Below are positions 1 to 13,600 of a stretch of DNA of 64,000 nucleotides, in pieces. Below the pieces are notes generated by a model that was not told the origin of the DNA, ran no database searches, and saw only the letters and a program-made list of their open reading frames with translations. The DNA is from Eledone cirrhosa (taxonomy: Eukaryota). The DNA lies in contig OZ024741.1 of NCBI GenBank assembly GCA_964016885.1, positions 310,992,001-311,056,000 of the forward strand, written 5' to 3'. Positions within the stretch are counted from its first letter, which is position 1. Each line of letters opens with the position of its first letter. A program made the translations under genes and the position numbers.

Positions 1-1415
1 AATACCTTGCTGAAATCAAGGTAGATTACATCAGTGTGCAGGAGCTGCATTAGGCAGTCTCTTCCATTATGGAAGCCATGTTGGTTGGAGTTCAGCAATC
101 TTCTGCTTTCAAGAAGGTAAGTTATTCGTGCTCTCACTACCCTCTCAAATACATTGATGATATGAGAAATGTGTGAGATCGGATGGTAGTTCACTGCAAG
201 GGGTTGATTCCCTTTTTGAAAACTGGGACAACAGACTGGATAGAAAGGTTTCAGAAATATAACCAGCACCCGGTGAGTTCCTTCACAGATTAACAAGAGT
301 AAATGGAAGTTGATATCGACACACCTACAGGACACAAACAGAGAACCTATCGGGTCCTAATGCTGAATTAATGCCGCTAAGATATCAAGGGCGCCAAACG
401 TTATGTCTCATATAATGTGTTGGGGAATAACATCACTGATAAAGCTCAGATCGGCCATATCAGGATTGCTGTAAACAGATCAGTATTGTTTCTGCAGTAT
501 CTCCCCCATGTTTTTGGCATTGTCTTGGACGTGCCGTTTTCATTAATAAGAGGGCTAACATTGGAGACAGTGATCTTGTGTTTTTTCGCAAATGAAAATA
601 ACAGCTTGGGGTTGAGTTTGAGTTTCTCAATGGCCCGTTTGCCTTCAGCTGTTCTTTGGTTTTGATGATGGTCTTCATACATTGTTTAAACCGAGCAGTG
701 CGGTAGCCGTCGAATGTGTGTGTTGTTGTTGGCAGTACTTTAGTGTGTTAATTTTTGTTTGTTCTTTTTATTTTTCTGATAATAGTTTTTCTGTTTGGAG
801 GGATTATGTACTTAGTTTTGTTCACAGGTCTTGGCGGAGTGTGATTTGCACATATATTTGTGACACTGTCTACAAAGATCTGCCAAGCTGCTCTGATGTT
901 GGTGGAGATTAGTGTGTTTGTAAAAGTCCAGTCAACATGAGATAGCTCATTTATGATTGCATCCCAATTGGCATTATAGAAATACATGTTATCAAATGGG
1001 TGAGCTGGAGAGAGGTCACTAGTATTATCTTTCGTCTGAAATAATGGTTTTTCTACTGTAATATTATGTATAGTGTTAGCGTGGTTATAAACACTTGGTC
1101 TTCTGATATCTTGTTGGTGCAAGAACAAGTTGGGACAAGAAAATCTCATTAATAAAGTCGAGAATTTACTCTACTGCTTCTTTGTCAGTGGTAGAGGTGG
1201 GAGTGCCTGGTTTCAAACTGTTTGTAGACCAATCAACACAGGGTAGATTAAAGTCTCCCATCATAAGTATATTACCAGAATGGCACTGTTGAGCAAAGCA
1301 ATTAATACTGTTGAGTCATTCTTTCAAGCGCAGTATGGTAGTCTGGAGTGGCCTATAGAGCCCAACTACTATCAGGTCATTGGCATTGTTGCGCACCGTG
1401 ACTGATGCACAATAT
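1..1415 (-). mobile_element. Degraded CR1-clade LINE ORF2 fragment (APE endonuclease to RT N-terminus), running off the window edge
   Basis: Minus-strand motifs VVGLYRP (~1350-1375), ILMIGDFNLPCVDW (~1230-1275), FYNANWDAI, VVPVFKKG..NYHPIS (~175-235) and DVIYLDFSKV (1-35), with frameshifts and stops. Confidence 0.8.
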
Positions 1416-1419
1416 ATCA

Positions 1420-1428
1420 TATATATAT

Positions 1429-1490
<62 letters not shown>
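1420..1490. repeat. (TA)n microsatellite; representative of dozens of (TA)n/(CA)n/(GA)n tracts across 26,000-64,000
   Basis: Directly visible dinucleotide run. Confidence 0.98.
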
Positions 1491-1491
<1 letters not shown>

Positions 1492-1635
1492 CGAAGGAAA
1501 TGTGGTAAGGAACCAGGTGGACCATAACGCACCAAAGTACTCAATACTTAGGGTAGTAGAGTGGGTAATAGGAACGAGTAGGACCCCGACGGCTGAGCTC
1601 AAGCCGTTTCGACCGCTAATTCTGGACTAAAATCC
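1491..1635 (-). repeat. Short (TA)n-associated repeat (family H) containing the 3' half of a hammerhead motif
   Basis: Near-identical to 42243-42410, 41943-42050 and 46967-47165. Minus strand reads CGAAA-CGGCT-TGAGCTC-AGCCG-TC-GGGGTC. Confidence 0.75.
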
Positions 1636-1654
1636 GTACACACGCATATATATG

Positions 1655-2292
1655 CATATGGCTGCCGTCATCGAGATATATCACCCCTGGAATCTCTTGA
1701 ATGTTCTTCTGGTCCGCTTGGATCAGGAGCTCCATTCCAGATCCGGACCAGTTCTCCTGTTTTACTCTAATCACTTCTATCACCTTTGTGTCGGCCTCGA
1801 TGTCGGCGAGGATTGTAAGCATCAGCCAGGAAATTTCAATGACCGGCGAAATCTGGGTCACCCTTACTCTTACGAGCCTTTATCCACAGTAGCTTGGGAC
1901 GAGTTTGAACTCGTCATTCTTTGGTGGGGCCATGGTGTGCTCTCTGGCTTCCTGTGGGGTTCCAAAAAACACGTCCACGCTGCCATATCTTTGTCCAAGT
2001 CTTATGTGGGTTTTTTGAGCCCACACATGTCCCAAAGCTTTTTGGATCTAGGACTCGGAATCCCGCTCCACTCGGCGTGTTTTTATATTAATCGTGCGGA
2101 ACGATACAGTACATAGGCGGCGTTGCTACATGGTATTTGATGGGGGAGTGAGGCTGACCCTGTAACCATTTTACTTCACCATTCACTTGGCCTCCTACAG
2201 TTCTTCCTGATTTACCCCAATCGCTTCGTTCTTATTCGCCGCTTTCGTAAAAGACACATTTGGTTTTGCGCTGGTGTTTGTGTTGTTGTTGT
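1655..2292 (-). mobile_element. L1/Tx1-clade LINE ORF1 fragment (copy A)
   Basis: ENWSGSGMELLIQADQKNIQEIP matches ORF1 of the larger copies at 7198-8639 and 19600-20850. Confidence 0.8.
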
Positions 2293-2299
2293 GACTGAT

Positions 2300-3231
2300 A
2301 GTAGGGAGCCAATGCTCAGAATTGTACTGAGGGAGAGGACAATAAACCAGGGGATGTCCAAGGAGGAAATAACAACGAGGAGAAAGAGCAACCTTCATGA
2401 AAAATCCCTTCATAGTACCGTCTTTTAGAAAACTGAATTCAGTGATCCACAGACATGGAACGGGTTGAAAAGAGGAGACCTTAAAAAGGCTACAGAAGGA
2501 ATGCTAATGGCTGCGCAAGAGCAGGCCCTCAAAACGAAGTGGCTGAAACACCATATTTACAAGGAGGAGGCTAGCCCACTGTGTAGGATCTGTGGAGAGA
2601 GAGAGGAGACTGTGGCTCACATTGAATCCGAGTGTAAAGACCTAGCCCAGACTCACTATAAAGGCTGGAGACATGATGTGATGGGTAGGGTGATCCACTG
2701 GCACCTATGCAAAGTAAACAATTTACCACATTCTCAGAAGTGGTATGAGTATAAGCCAGAGTCGGTGATAGAAAACGATCAGGTGATGGTGCTGTGGGAA
2801 TTTAGGATACTGACGCACAAGAAACTGGAACACAATAGACCTGACCTGGTGGTTTTGGACAAGGAAAAAAGATCCTGTCTGATTGTGGATGTGGCCTGCC
2901 CATTCGACACGAGAGTACAAGAGAAGTAGAGAGAGAAAATTAACCGATACCAGGACTTAAAGTGGGAGGTAAAAATGATTTGGAACAGCCATGAAGTCAA
3001 AGTGGTCCCGATTGTCATAGGCGCATTAGGTACTATCTCAAAAAGTTTCGAGGGATGGTTAAAGAAAACTGGCACCGCGCCGCTTTTTGGAACGCTTCAA
3101 AACGCATGCTTGCTGGGAACAGCAAGAACCCTCCGATACGTCCTGAACATCTGAGGCTGGAGGTATTGTCTTGATATACATTTCAACAAACTTTCCAGTT
3201 AACTAACATCAATGACTGAGACTCAAAGAAC
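2300..3231 (+). mobile_element. R4/Dong-type RLE non-LTR retrotransposon, 3' fragment
   Basis: AAQEQAL, CCHC knuckle CRICGEREETVAHIESEC, RHD, restriction-like endonuclease NRPDLVV..DVACP, then PIVIGALG; ends in (AAT)n. Confidence 0.9.
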
Positions 3232-3251
3232 AATAATAATAATAATAATAA

Positions 3252-6200
3252 TGCTTTCTTTATTAACCACAAGGGTTTACATAAAGTAGACATTAAGGAC
3301 AGTACAGGACAATACAGGACGGTAATAAATGGGCATTTCTGCGTGTAAAAAACACAAAAACAGGATGTAACAAAAAATAACAATGAAAAATGCCCCAATA
3401 GGGGGGAGATTTCCGAGGGACATTTGTGGAGAAAGCCCATTAAAAGGCCACAGTGACCTTGACCACCAGGGCAAGTGGCCTCTCCCAGTTTTCCACCTTT
3501 AATTTACAGACACATACTCAGAGTAGGCCCATTCATTCGGGCCATACTTGCTTCTCTCACCCATCTTTCAACAAAATGCTGGGAAGAAAGCACTTCCCTC
3601 TCTACCCTGATTTTCCTTTTCAAATGAAATTTGAAAAAGTTAATCAGGGTATCACCGAAGAGGTAGGTGTTCGTCTTCAGCCCTTTCAAACGTGTCCACC
3701 ATACTATCTCTTTCGCCATGGCCACCAGACAGATAAAAACTGCCTGCCCTTCCCGGCTAAAGGAAGAAGGCGGGGCAATCCTCACGATGGACTCAGCTGA
3801 TAGCTGGATCCGTCCTACACGTGACAGCAGGTGTTCGACATAAACCCACAAGTCAGAAATTCTCGGACACTGGACGAGTGCGTGCAGGACGGTTTCGTTA
3901 CCCTCCGCGCATCTCGGGCTGCCCGGCTGACGGCACCGCCATGCCTGTAGAGATTATCCTGAACTGGCAAAGCTCCTCGGTAGCACTGCCAGGCCAGGGA
4001 TTGCTGGAAGTTGTCCATAGGCCCCGGCATGAAAGTCCTTCTGAAGAGATTGGCTAGTTGATTTTCGTCGACGCCTAGAGTTTCTCCAATTACGTCGTCG
4101 CTCTTCCCCTCCACTAATCCTCTATAGAACGCCAAGGTGGAGTTTCCACCGATCACATTGCCCGATTGGTCGAGGGCTGTGAGCGCCTGAAGACGTTCCA
4201 GTCTCCAAACGCTCCCTCTCGGTCTTCGCTTGACCCAAAACTGCAGCTCCGTCAAGGAGACGAGCTAGGGAAAGACGTGTCTAGCAAACGGCGACCACAC
4301 CTGATCACCGTCAAGGAAGAGGTGGAGATGTCGTAGCCTGAGCGCGTGTCTGCACATCATCAGCCACGCCACGCCCATCCCTCCACGTACAGGGTGTTGA
4401 CAGCAGATGGACCGTCCGACCATCGGAGCGCGTCCCTTCCACAAAAAGCGAAAGAGCAAACGCTCCAGCGCAGTCAGGCGAGGCTTAGGACAAGGTACGA
4501 CGGTCAGGCGGTAGTAGATGACGGACGCAATGTACGCGTTAGCCACCTCCGCTCGACCTTTCAGGGATAGCTTCCCTTCCGCCCATTTCTGGGTGAGAGA
4601 AACCACGCTGCTCGTCACGTCTGCCCAGTCTTTGTCCGTCTGGAGGTCCGGACCGAACTAGACCCCTAGCAATTTAACCGGTCCGTCCGACGACGCTGTT
4701 CGACGGCATGGACTTGCCTCTCCAGGTGCTGAGCTGCAGGCCCACTGACTTTTCCTGGTTGATCATTGCTCCTGTCACCGCTTCGTATTCTCTTAGTGTA
4801 GTGCCGATCGCCTCGATGTGTTTGGCGTTCGACACCACTACGGTGACATCGTCCGCATATGCTGACATGGATTTTCCGGATCCTAGTTCGCGCGGGACCC
4901 CCCTGAACGTCTCCAGTTTGTGCAGTAATGGCTCGAGAGTCATTACATACAAGAGGGACGAGAGGGAACATCCTTGGCAGACCGAGCGCATGATGTTGAA
5001 CGGTTCCGAAAGGTGAACGTTCAATCTCTCCACGGAGCAGATGTCGCTGTGCATGGCAGCGATCCATTCTTTGAAGATGGGCCCAAAGCCAGCCGCCCTC
5101 AGGACTGCCTCTAGGTAACGATGGTCGACCCTATCGAAAGCTTTCGACTGATCTAAATTGATCAAGGACCCAACCGTGCCAGGTTCCCTAGCTACCCTCT
5201 CTACGATGTATCGCATGAGGTGGAGGTTGTCGTGGATGGATCTGTCGGGAATGGCGCATGTCTGCGCCTCTCCCACCAGACCACCAACGACAAGCGCCAA
5301 CCTCTTTGCTAGCACCTTGGCCAAAATCTTGCACTCTGTGTTTAGCAGAGTTATGGGCCTGACATTATCTATGTTATCCCCCTTGTTCGGATCCTTTCTC
5401 AGCAGCGTCACAGATCCTCGGCTCACAGAGCTGGGAATTCTCCCGTTCTGTTGCCAGTTGCAGTAGACGTCCGCCAAGAGGCCTCCGAACAAGTCTGGCA
5501 TCTGTACGTAAAGTTCATAGGCGATTTACCCCTTGTGCAGCCAGTCATTGCCTCCAGTACTTCAGCGGCTGTTATCGGCTTCTCGAAACATTCCGCGTCA
5601 GTGGCCGAGATGTGCGGCAGTCCGTCAAGGTAGAAACTAAAGTCAATCCCTCGATTTGGCCCGCCGCTGCCCCCGAACAGCTGTGCGAAGTGTCGCTGAA
5701 AAGCTTCATACATATGCCCTTGATCGAGTAGCATGCGCCCGTCGTGGTCAACCAAAGACCGGATCGTGGCTTTGTTGCCACGACGCGCCTCCGCCACTCA
5801 GGCCCATTGAACGGCTTTCGTCCAGTCGTGTCTGAGTGACAATTCAGCCTTCGTGATTTGCATTGAAGAATTGGTCAAGGGCCAATTTCGCCGCAAGTAC
5901 GTCGGTCGCGATGCCTTTGCTAAGCGCCTCGTCTAATTTTCTAACTAGTTCTCCCTCTGCTCTATTTTGTCTCTATTGCTAAAGCCTTACTAAACCTAAT
6001 GGACGCTATTCTAGTCGCTCTTTTCAGAGCAAACCACCACTTGTTGTTGACGATGGCCCCCGTCAACGCCCGCTTAACTAGTTCGCTAATCCGGTCTCTG
6101 TAGGCCTTGCGCGCTGGTAAGGACGCGTTTAACTTCCAGTAGCCGGGTCCTCGTCTATGAAGCCTATCTAAGTCAAGCACACAGATCACGAATTTGTGGT

Positions 6201-8850
6201 GCGTGTAGCTGACTATCTTGAATTGTGGACAGCCTATGCTAGACCTATCTATTTCCATACAACATACTCTATCTAGATATGATCTGGATGACCCTATGTG
6301 ATTTGTCCAAGTCCACATTGGCACATTCAGGAAATCCAATCGGTATCTGTCAGACAGTTCAAAACGCCTGAGCAGGTTGGTGAGGCTCTTGCACCCTCGT
6401 CCCCTATTCGCTGTTCCCACACAGTCCAAGTGTGCATCTAAGATCCCGTTCCAGTCGCCCACTAACACTAAAGAGCGGGACGTTCCAAGAAAGGTCTCCA
6501 GACGCCGGAAGAAATCAGGCCGCCCTGCTCCTGTCGGCGCATAGACGGCCACTAATCTGAAAGCTTGCCCGTCTCTGCTGGCCACGTCTAGCACCACCAA
6601 CTTACCTTCTGGGTCCAGGAAGATGGCCCGTATAGCGAGGTCCGAACTTCTCCGAAAAAGCACAGCACCCCCCCCCCCCATATACAGGACGGGTGTGAGA
6701 TGCGTACGCATCGTAGCCGCCGAAGATCACTTACCTTACATCTCGTAGAGGAAGGATGGTTTGTCCATCCTTTTCACTGCTTGTGGCCTCCTTAGGAAGG
6801 ATGTCCTTATAAATCCTCCTGGAGAGTACTTGTGGGAAGTCTCCGAAGTCTTTGGGGTATTTTTGTTTTAGTGTCATGTACGTTTTCTGTGGGATACGAG
6901 TGATTTGTATGTGTGGAGGTGGTTTGAACTTTTGGATTTTTGTGTAGTCTTATTCTGTGATACTGGTGTTGTGTTGGATGTAGTGTAATAGTTGTTTGTT
7001 TAAATTTAATTCTGTGTAGTGTGTATCGTTTTGGTTGTTGTGTGTTCGTTTCTGTTTCGCTTTTTGGTGACTTTTGTGGTGTTGGTGATGCTGGTGTTGG
7101 GGTTAATGATGGCGATTGTGTTGGTGTTTGTGCTGATGGGGTTGCTGATGCTGGTGTGGATGGGGGCATATCTCTCCTAACTTTTTTGTTTGATAGTTTA
7201 TTTGTTTCGCTTTGTATTTTGTTTTTGGAGGGGAGGGAAGAGAATTGTTTCTTTTTTGGTTTCTTTTTTTCTTTTTTCCTGATACCGTTTCCCACTCCTC
7301 GTCGTCACAATATGTCTCCAGTTGTGATAGGCCGGGGAGTGGAAAATCCTCCACAGGCGTTGTTTTGTTTGTGGCGTGGTGGATCGTGTAGGCGCTGGTG
7401 CTAGTTCTGGCGCGTTGGGCGGTGGTGGTGTTGGTTTTGCTACTGTTGCTGGGGTTGTTGTTATTACAGTTGCTTCTGTTGTTGCTGCTACAGTTGTTGC
7501 TGCCATCTCTGCTGCTGGTGGTGTTGATGGTTGAGTCACTGGGCTGGGTAAGAGAGATGGCCTCAACCTTTTAGCCTGAGGGCAGAAAGCCCTTAGGTGG
7601 GTTCCTTCACCACAAACGAGACACCTAGGCCTTCTGCCCTCGACGATTACTGTGAGGTGGCTGCCGTCAGTGAGGTGTATTAGCTCTGGGATCTCCTCAA
7701 TGCTTTTTTGGTCCGCTTGGATCAGGAGCTCCATCCCAGACCCGGACCAGTTCTCCTGTTTTTCTTTCGCTATTTCGATTATCTTGGTGTTGGCTTCGAT
7801 GCCGACGAGGACGGCAGCTATTAGCCAGGGAATTTAGATGGCCGGTGGAATGTGGGTCACCCTGATCTTCATGAGTCTCTGGCCGCAATAGCTCTGGACG
7901 AGTGTGAAGTCGTCACTTCTTAATGGGGCCATGGAGTGTTCTCTGGCCTCCTGTGGTGTTTCAAAGAACACGTCCACGGTTCCATATTTCTGCTCACGTC
8001 TGATGTTTTTTTTTTTGCCCACACATGTCCCAAAGCTTTTTGGATTTGTGACTCGGATGCCCGTTCCACTCGGCGCGATTTTATGTCAATCGTCCGATAA
8101 GACACGGTGCATAGGCGCCGATGCTCCATTTTATTAGGTGGGAGGGGGGTAGTGAGGCTGACCCTGTACCCATTTTTCTTTACCATTTTTTTGGTTTCTT
8201 CTAATTCCCCCTGAGTTACCTGGAATGCTTCGCACTCTTTTGCTACTCTGGCAAAACTCAGGGTGGTTTTCTTAATTTCATTGTTGCTGTTGTTGTTATC
8301 GTTATGTTTGTTATTGTTAATTTTAGTTTCAGTTGTGGTGGTGGTGGCGTCAGTGGTGTTCGGTGTGGAAGAGTTCATTTTGGTTGAATTCATTTCGATA
8401 TCACGAGTTAATTTATTTTTTTCTTTTGTTTCTGTTGTCGCTGTGGTGGTGGTGGTGGGGGTGGCGGCTTTAACACCTGCAGTCATTGGTAATGGCGGGA
8501 AATGAATGTCTGCCTGAGACAAATTTAAAATATTGCTACTGCTTATATTTTTAGTGTTGGCAAACGTAGTAATATTTACAATGGTGGTGTCGGTGTGAGG
8601 TGTTAGTTTGAGAGAATTGTGTAACTCTGAGTGGTCCATGATTTTTCAAAGAAAGATCTTTGTTTGATAATTATAAAAGTTTAAAATTTTGGGCTCAAGG
8701 CGCCAATCTTTTTGAGTATCCTTTTCAGAAAACAATGTATGTGCACTTATATACAGTTAACAATAAAAATTTTCTATAAATGGCAATTTTAAACAACTGA
8801 AAATAACAAACCTTTGGGGAGCTCACGATAATACGATTTACTACGTAGGT
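3252..8850 (-). mobile_element. Near full-length L1/Tx1-clade LINE (copy B): ORF1 ~6800-8639, ORF2 ~3500-6730, disrupted
   Basis: ORF1 has an N/T-rich N-terminus and CX2CX4HX4C (CLVCGEGTHLRAFC). ORF2 has the endonuclease (VAVYAP, GDWN, WTW, YLDR, GPGYWKLN) and RT (RPITLLN, LDQSKAFDRV, QGCSLS, AYADDV). The 3' end is AATAAA followed by (TTA)n. Confidence 0.93.
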
Positions 8851-8881
8851 TGCCAATAATAATAGTAATAATAATAATAAT

Positions 8882-10475
8882 GATTTCTTTATTGGCCACA
8901 AGGGCTGACATCAAGAAAATAATTACAGACGGCACAGGACAGTACAGGAGGGTACGATGTGGCTTTTGTGCGTGTAAAGATTTTTATTATTTATATAAGA
9001 AACGAAAAAAAAAGACATAGAAACATATATATATATATATAAACAATAAAAATGAAAATTGAAACAATGAAACATTCACCAATAGAGGGGAAACCTTCGA
9101 GGGTTACTCGTGGCGAAAAACACACAAAAGACCACGGCCACCCTGACCACCAGGCCAAGCGCCCTCTCTCAAAATTTCCATTTCTCAAACTGCAGGCGTA
9201 TATTCTCGCTACATTCACCCACCTTTCAACAAACTTGCTAGAAGACAGCATTTGCTTCTCCACCCTGATTTTCCTCTTCAAGTGAAACTTGAAAAGGTTA
9301 ATCAGGGATTCGCCGAAGAGGAAAGTGTCTGTCTTTAAACCTTTCAACGTTGTCCACCACACAATCTCTTTCGCCATGGCCACCAGGCAGATGAAAACTG
9401 CCTGCCCTTCCTCCTCGAAGGAAGAAGGCAAGACTATCTGTACAATGGACTCAGTCGATAACCCGATCAGTCTTACATGCGACAGCAACTCTTCGACATA
9501 GCTCCACAAGTTAGCAATGCTCGGGCACTGAACAAGTGCTTGAACGACGGTTTCGTCGCTCTACGCGCATCTTGGACAGGCTCGGCTGACGGCACTTCCG
9601 TGCCTTAGAGCTTATCTCGAACCGGCAAAGCTCCCCGGTAGCACTGCCAGGCCAAGGATTTCTGGAAATTATCTATAGGCTCTGGGCTGAAAGTCCTCCG
9701 GAAGAGAGCAAACAGCTGATTTTCTTCGACGCCCAGGATCTCCCCGAGAACGCCGTCGCTCTTCCCCTCCACTATTCCTCTATAGAACGCCGAGGTGGAT
9801 GTTCCACCGATACTGGTGCCCAGCTGGCCGAGGGCAGTGAGCGCCTGGAGACATTCCAGTTTCCAAGCGCTATCCCTCGGACTTTTCCTGACCCAGGACT
9901 GCAGTTCCATCAAGGAGACGAGCTGTGGTAAAACGTGCCTGGCGAAAGACGACCACACCTGTTCACCGTCAAGGAAGCACCAGAGACGTCGCAGCCTCAG
10001 CGCATGTTTGCGCATCATCAGCTATGGCATGCCCAGTCCTCCACGCAACGGGTGTTGACAGCAGATGGATCGTCTGACCATGGGAGCGCGTCCCTTCAAC
10101 AAAAAGCGGAAGAGGAGGCGCTCCATTTTTGTCAGAGCTGAGCCGGGGCAAGGGACGACGGTGAGGCGGTAGCAGATGACGGATGCGATGTACGCATTCG
10201 CCACCTCCGCCCGGCCTTGCAGTGACAGCTTCCTCTCGGCCCATTTCAAGGTGAGGGAGACCATCCTGATCGTCACTTTGCTGCAGTTTTTCTCCATTTG
10301 GAGGTCTAGTCCGAACCAGACCCCGAGCAATTTAACCGGTCCGTCTGTCCAACGCCCCACGACGCTGTTGGACGGCATGGATTTGTCTCTCCAGGTGCCG
10401 AGCTGCAAGCCCAGCGACTTTTCCTGGTTTATCTTTGCTCCTGTCACTGCTTCCTATTTCTTGAGTGCGGTGCTG
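8882..10475 (-). mobile_element. 5'-truncated L1/Tx1 LINE (copy C), ORF2 C-terminus and 3' UTR
   Basis: GAKINQEKS, KLSLQGRAEVAN, GGLGMP and AWQCYRGALPV; same 3' end as copy B; (AAT)n on both flanks (8855-8881, 10476-10492). Confidence 0.9.
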
Positions 10476-10572
10476 ATAATAATAATAATAATGTGTAAAT
10501 AAAGAAACAATCCAAAATAGAGACAGAGATCCACTTCAAAAACTCCCAAATACAATCCAAAATAGAAAACAA

Positions 10573-10634
10573 ATAATTGTTTCTACTTTTGGCACAAAGC
10601 CAGCAATTATCCAGTACATTACTGGTACTTTATT
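10573..10634 (-). mobile_element. SINE 3' fragment
   Basis: ATAATTGTTTCTACTTTTGGCACAA...TTACTGGTACTTTATT is shared with the other SINE copies. Confidence 0.75.
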
Positions 10635-10664
10635 AGAAATAGAAAACAAAAATAGAAAACAAAT

Positions 10665-13600
10665 AATGATTGGTAATTATGTGACAAAAGAAATCATAGA
10701 AGAACTAGAACGTGATCTTACTGAGTTAAATGAAATTATTTATGCATCTGCTAGAGTAATTGAAACAAGTTGTTTACCACCAAAAAAACAAAAATATCGA
10801 ACCTTCGAGGTAAACCTATTTGGAGGAGTAGAATCGAAAAGGAGATTGACGCAATGAGAGGAGAAATATCTTTATTGAGTGAGTTAACCGCTGGAAATGA
10901 TATAAGATCCAAGAGGGTAAGAAAGCTAAAGAGAGAATATGGACTGTCTTCAAGAGAAGCAATAGTTTCAACAAATAAATCTCTGAAACAAAAAGTCCAA
11001 GTAAAAGCCCAACGAATTCGTAGATTTGAGAAGCGAATCAACTTCTACAGGCAAAATAGGTTGTTCTCATCCAATGCCAAGTCATTTTATTGAGAAGTAG
11101 GGAAAAAAAATTAATTATTGAAGACCATAGAAGAAGTTGAAAACTTCTTGAGATAAGATTTGGAGTGATGAGAAGACATATACTGCTAATGTAGATTGGA
11201 TTAGTCGCCTGGAAAATTCCTAAACTTAAAAGAACAGGCGTGGGAAGACATCTCTATAGCGGACTTAACTTACTTGTTCTTGTACTTGTGTCGACATTCA
11301 CCCTGGACAGGTTGAGCCGGATTCTTCCTTTGTCCTGACGGCATCCAGAACCATGGCAACCCACGCACGACGGTCGCGGATTAGGTCACTGGAGATAGCG
11401 AGCCAGTCACGGTTCCGTCGGCGCAGGCCGACCACCTGCGGACCTGAGAGTTCGAAGAGGTCCTCCTTGAACGTCGTTGCCCAGGTCTTCAGCTGCCCAC
11501 CAACGCGATTGCGCCAGTTAGGGAGTGGAGGTGGGAGGAGAACATCCCGGATCAGCTCACCCTCAGGGCGCCGGGCCGCGTGACCAAACCATCTCAAGCG
11601 CCGTTGCAGAAGCACTGAAGGAATGGGTCGAAGATTCAGGCCAAGACGAAGACTGGTGGTAGGTAGCCGATCAACGCGTCGGCAGCGAAGAATGCGGCGG
11701 AGATAATCTTTGTCGAAGACCTCCAGCCCTCATTGATTGACTACACTCATAGGCCATGTTTCACAGTCATAGAGGAGGATAGTTCAAACGACGGCCTGGT
11801 AGATTCGCCCTTTGGTCGCCGAGGTGATCTCTCTCCTGTCCAACAGACACCGCTGTAAGCGCCCAAAAGCGGATCTGGCAGCACCTATGCGACGCTTGAC
11901 CTCGGCTGCGCCGTGTCCCGTTAGAACCACTGTTGAGCCCAGGTAAACGAAAGACTCCACATCCCTCAGCTCCACGCCCTCGAGAGATATTGGCTGCCAG
12001 GCATCAGGCGAGACCAGTGACGTCATGACCTTCGACTTGGCGGCATTGATTCGTAGACCAACAGCGGCGGCTGCAGTGTGCACCCTTTCGAGAGCACACT
12101 GTACATCTGTCCCGATGTTATCCGCGTAGGCCAGGTCCGTCACACACGACCCCTCTCCCGACCTCTACGCCCGGGTAATCCCGAAGCGCTGTGTTGAGAG
12201 TGTAGTCAATGGCGCAGTTAAAGAGAGTTGGCGATAGCGCACACCCCTGCCGAACACCAGTCCCAACATCGAACGACTCCGTCTCCCCACCATAGACCCT
12301 CACTCGAGCCCGAGTCGTCCGGTAGTAGTCCTGTATGAGACGAAGCAGCTTCACTGGGATGCCGTCCGCCTACATTATACGCCATAGGGCTTCCCGATCT
12401 ACCGAGTCGAAGGCAGCTGCAAAGTCGATGAAGCAGAGGATGGTAGACTGTTGATGTGCCCACCGTTGTTCCAGGACACGCCGGAGAATGAAGATTTGAT
12501 CAATGCATCCCCTCCCCGGACGGAAGCCGCCCTGAGAAGGACGGGTTCGGACATCACGGATGGCCTGGAACCTCTTTAGCAGAAGAATTGCGAAGGTCTT
12601 GGCAGCAACGTCAATTAAACTGATACCCCTATAGTTGGAACACAGTTTCTGTCGCCCTTTTTGAAGAAGAGTAGGAGAGTTGCCTCGCTCCAGTCACCAG
12701 GGAACCGCTCCGTCGCCCACACCGAGGAGAAGTCTCGATGGAGCCAAGCTGCGAAGACATCAGGCTCGGCCTTGTGGACCTCAGCTGTAACGCCCTCCTC
12801 GCTCGGTGCCTTGTTGTTCCGGAGATGTGTCAGGACACCACGTACCTCCTCGACCGTTGTGGGATGGCGGGGGGGGGGGGGGGGCAGTGCTGCACCCGTA
12901 TTCTGCACATAGGTTGGCGTGGATGGTGGCGGGTGGTTGAGCAGCTCGGTGAAATGGTTCCGCTATCGGACTAGCCGGTCATTAAGATTGGTAATGACCG
13001 CCCCGTTCCGATCACGAGTCGTCTCACTGATACCCGTACTGCTTCGGCTGGCCCGTTTCACCAGTTGGTAGAGCTTGCATGAGTCAGCACAGGCTGCTGC
13101 CCTTTCCCTCTGCTCCGCAAACTCACGCCAGTGTGTATTCCGATCGGCGCGAATAGCCCGAGATATGCGAGGTCGGAGATCTCGAAGATTGGGTGCACCC
13201 TTGAGTCGGGCCACTCTCGTCCTCTCAGTGAGTTCCAGAGTGCCGCTGGAGATCCAGTCCCGATAGTGACCCCTGACCATCTCAACCGTCGCCGCTCTGA
13301 GCACGTTCCACTCCTGCTCCGGTTGCTGTTCCACTTTGTTACTCAGCATTTGGAATCGGTTTCGGAGCTTTAGCCGGAAAGCATTCCCAGCATCGAGCTT
13401 GAGTCGCGAGATGTCGATCCTTTTCTGGCGGTTGGGAGGAGCTTTCACCCGCAGCCGCAGACGAAGGGCTGCTCGAACAAGAGTATGGTCTGACCTATGC
13501 TCACTGCTCATATCAGCCCCCCTATACGCACACGAGTCCATGACTGAGCTGGCCCACCGAGATCTGACCAGGATGTAGTCAATCTGATTGGCTGTTCTTC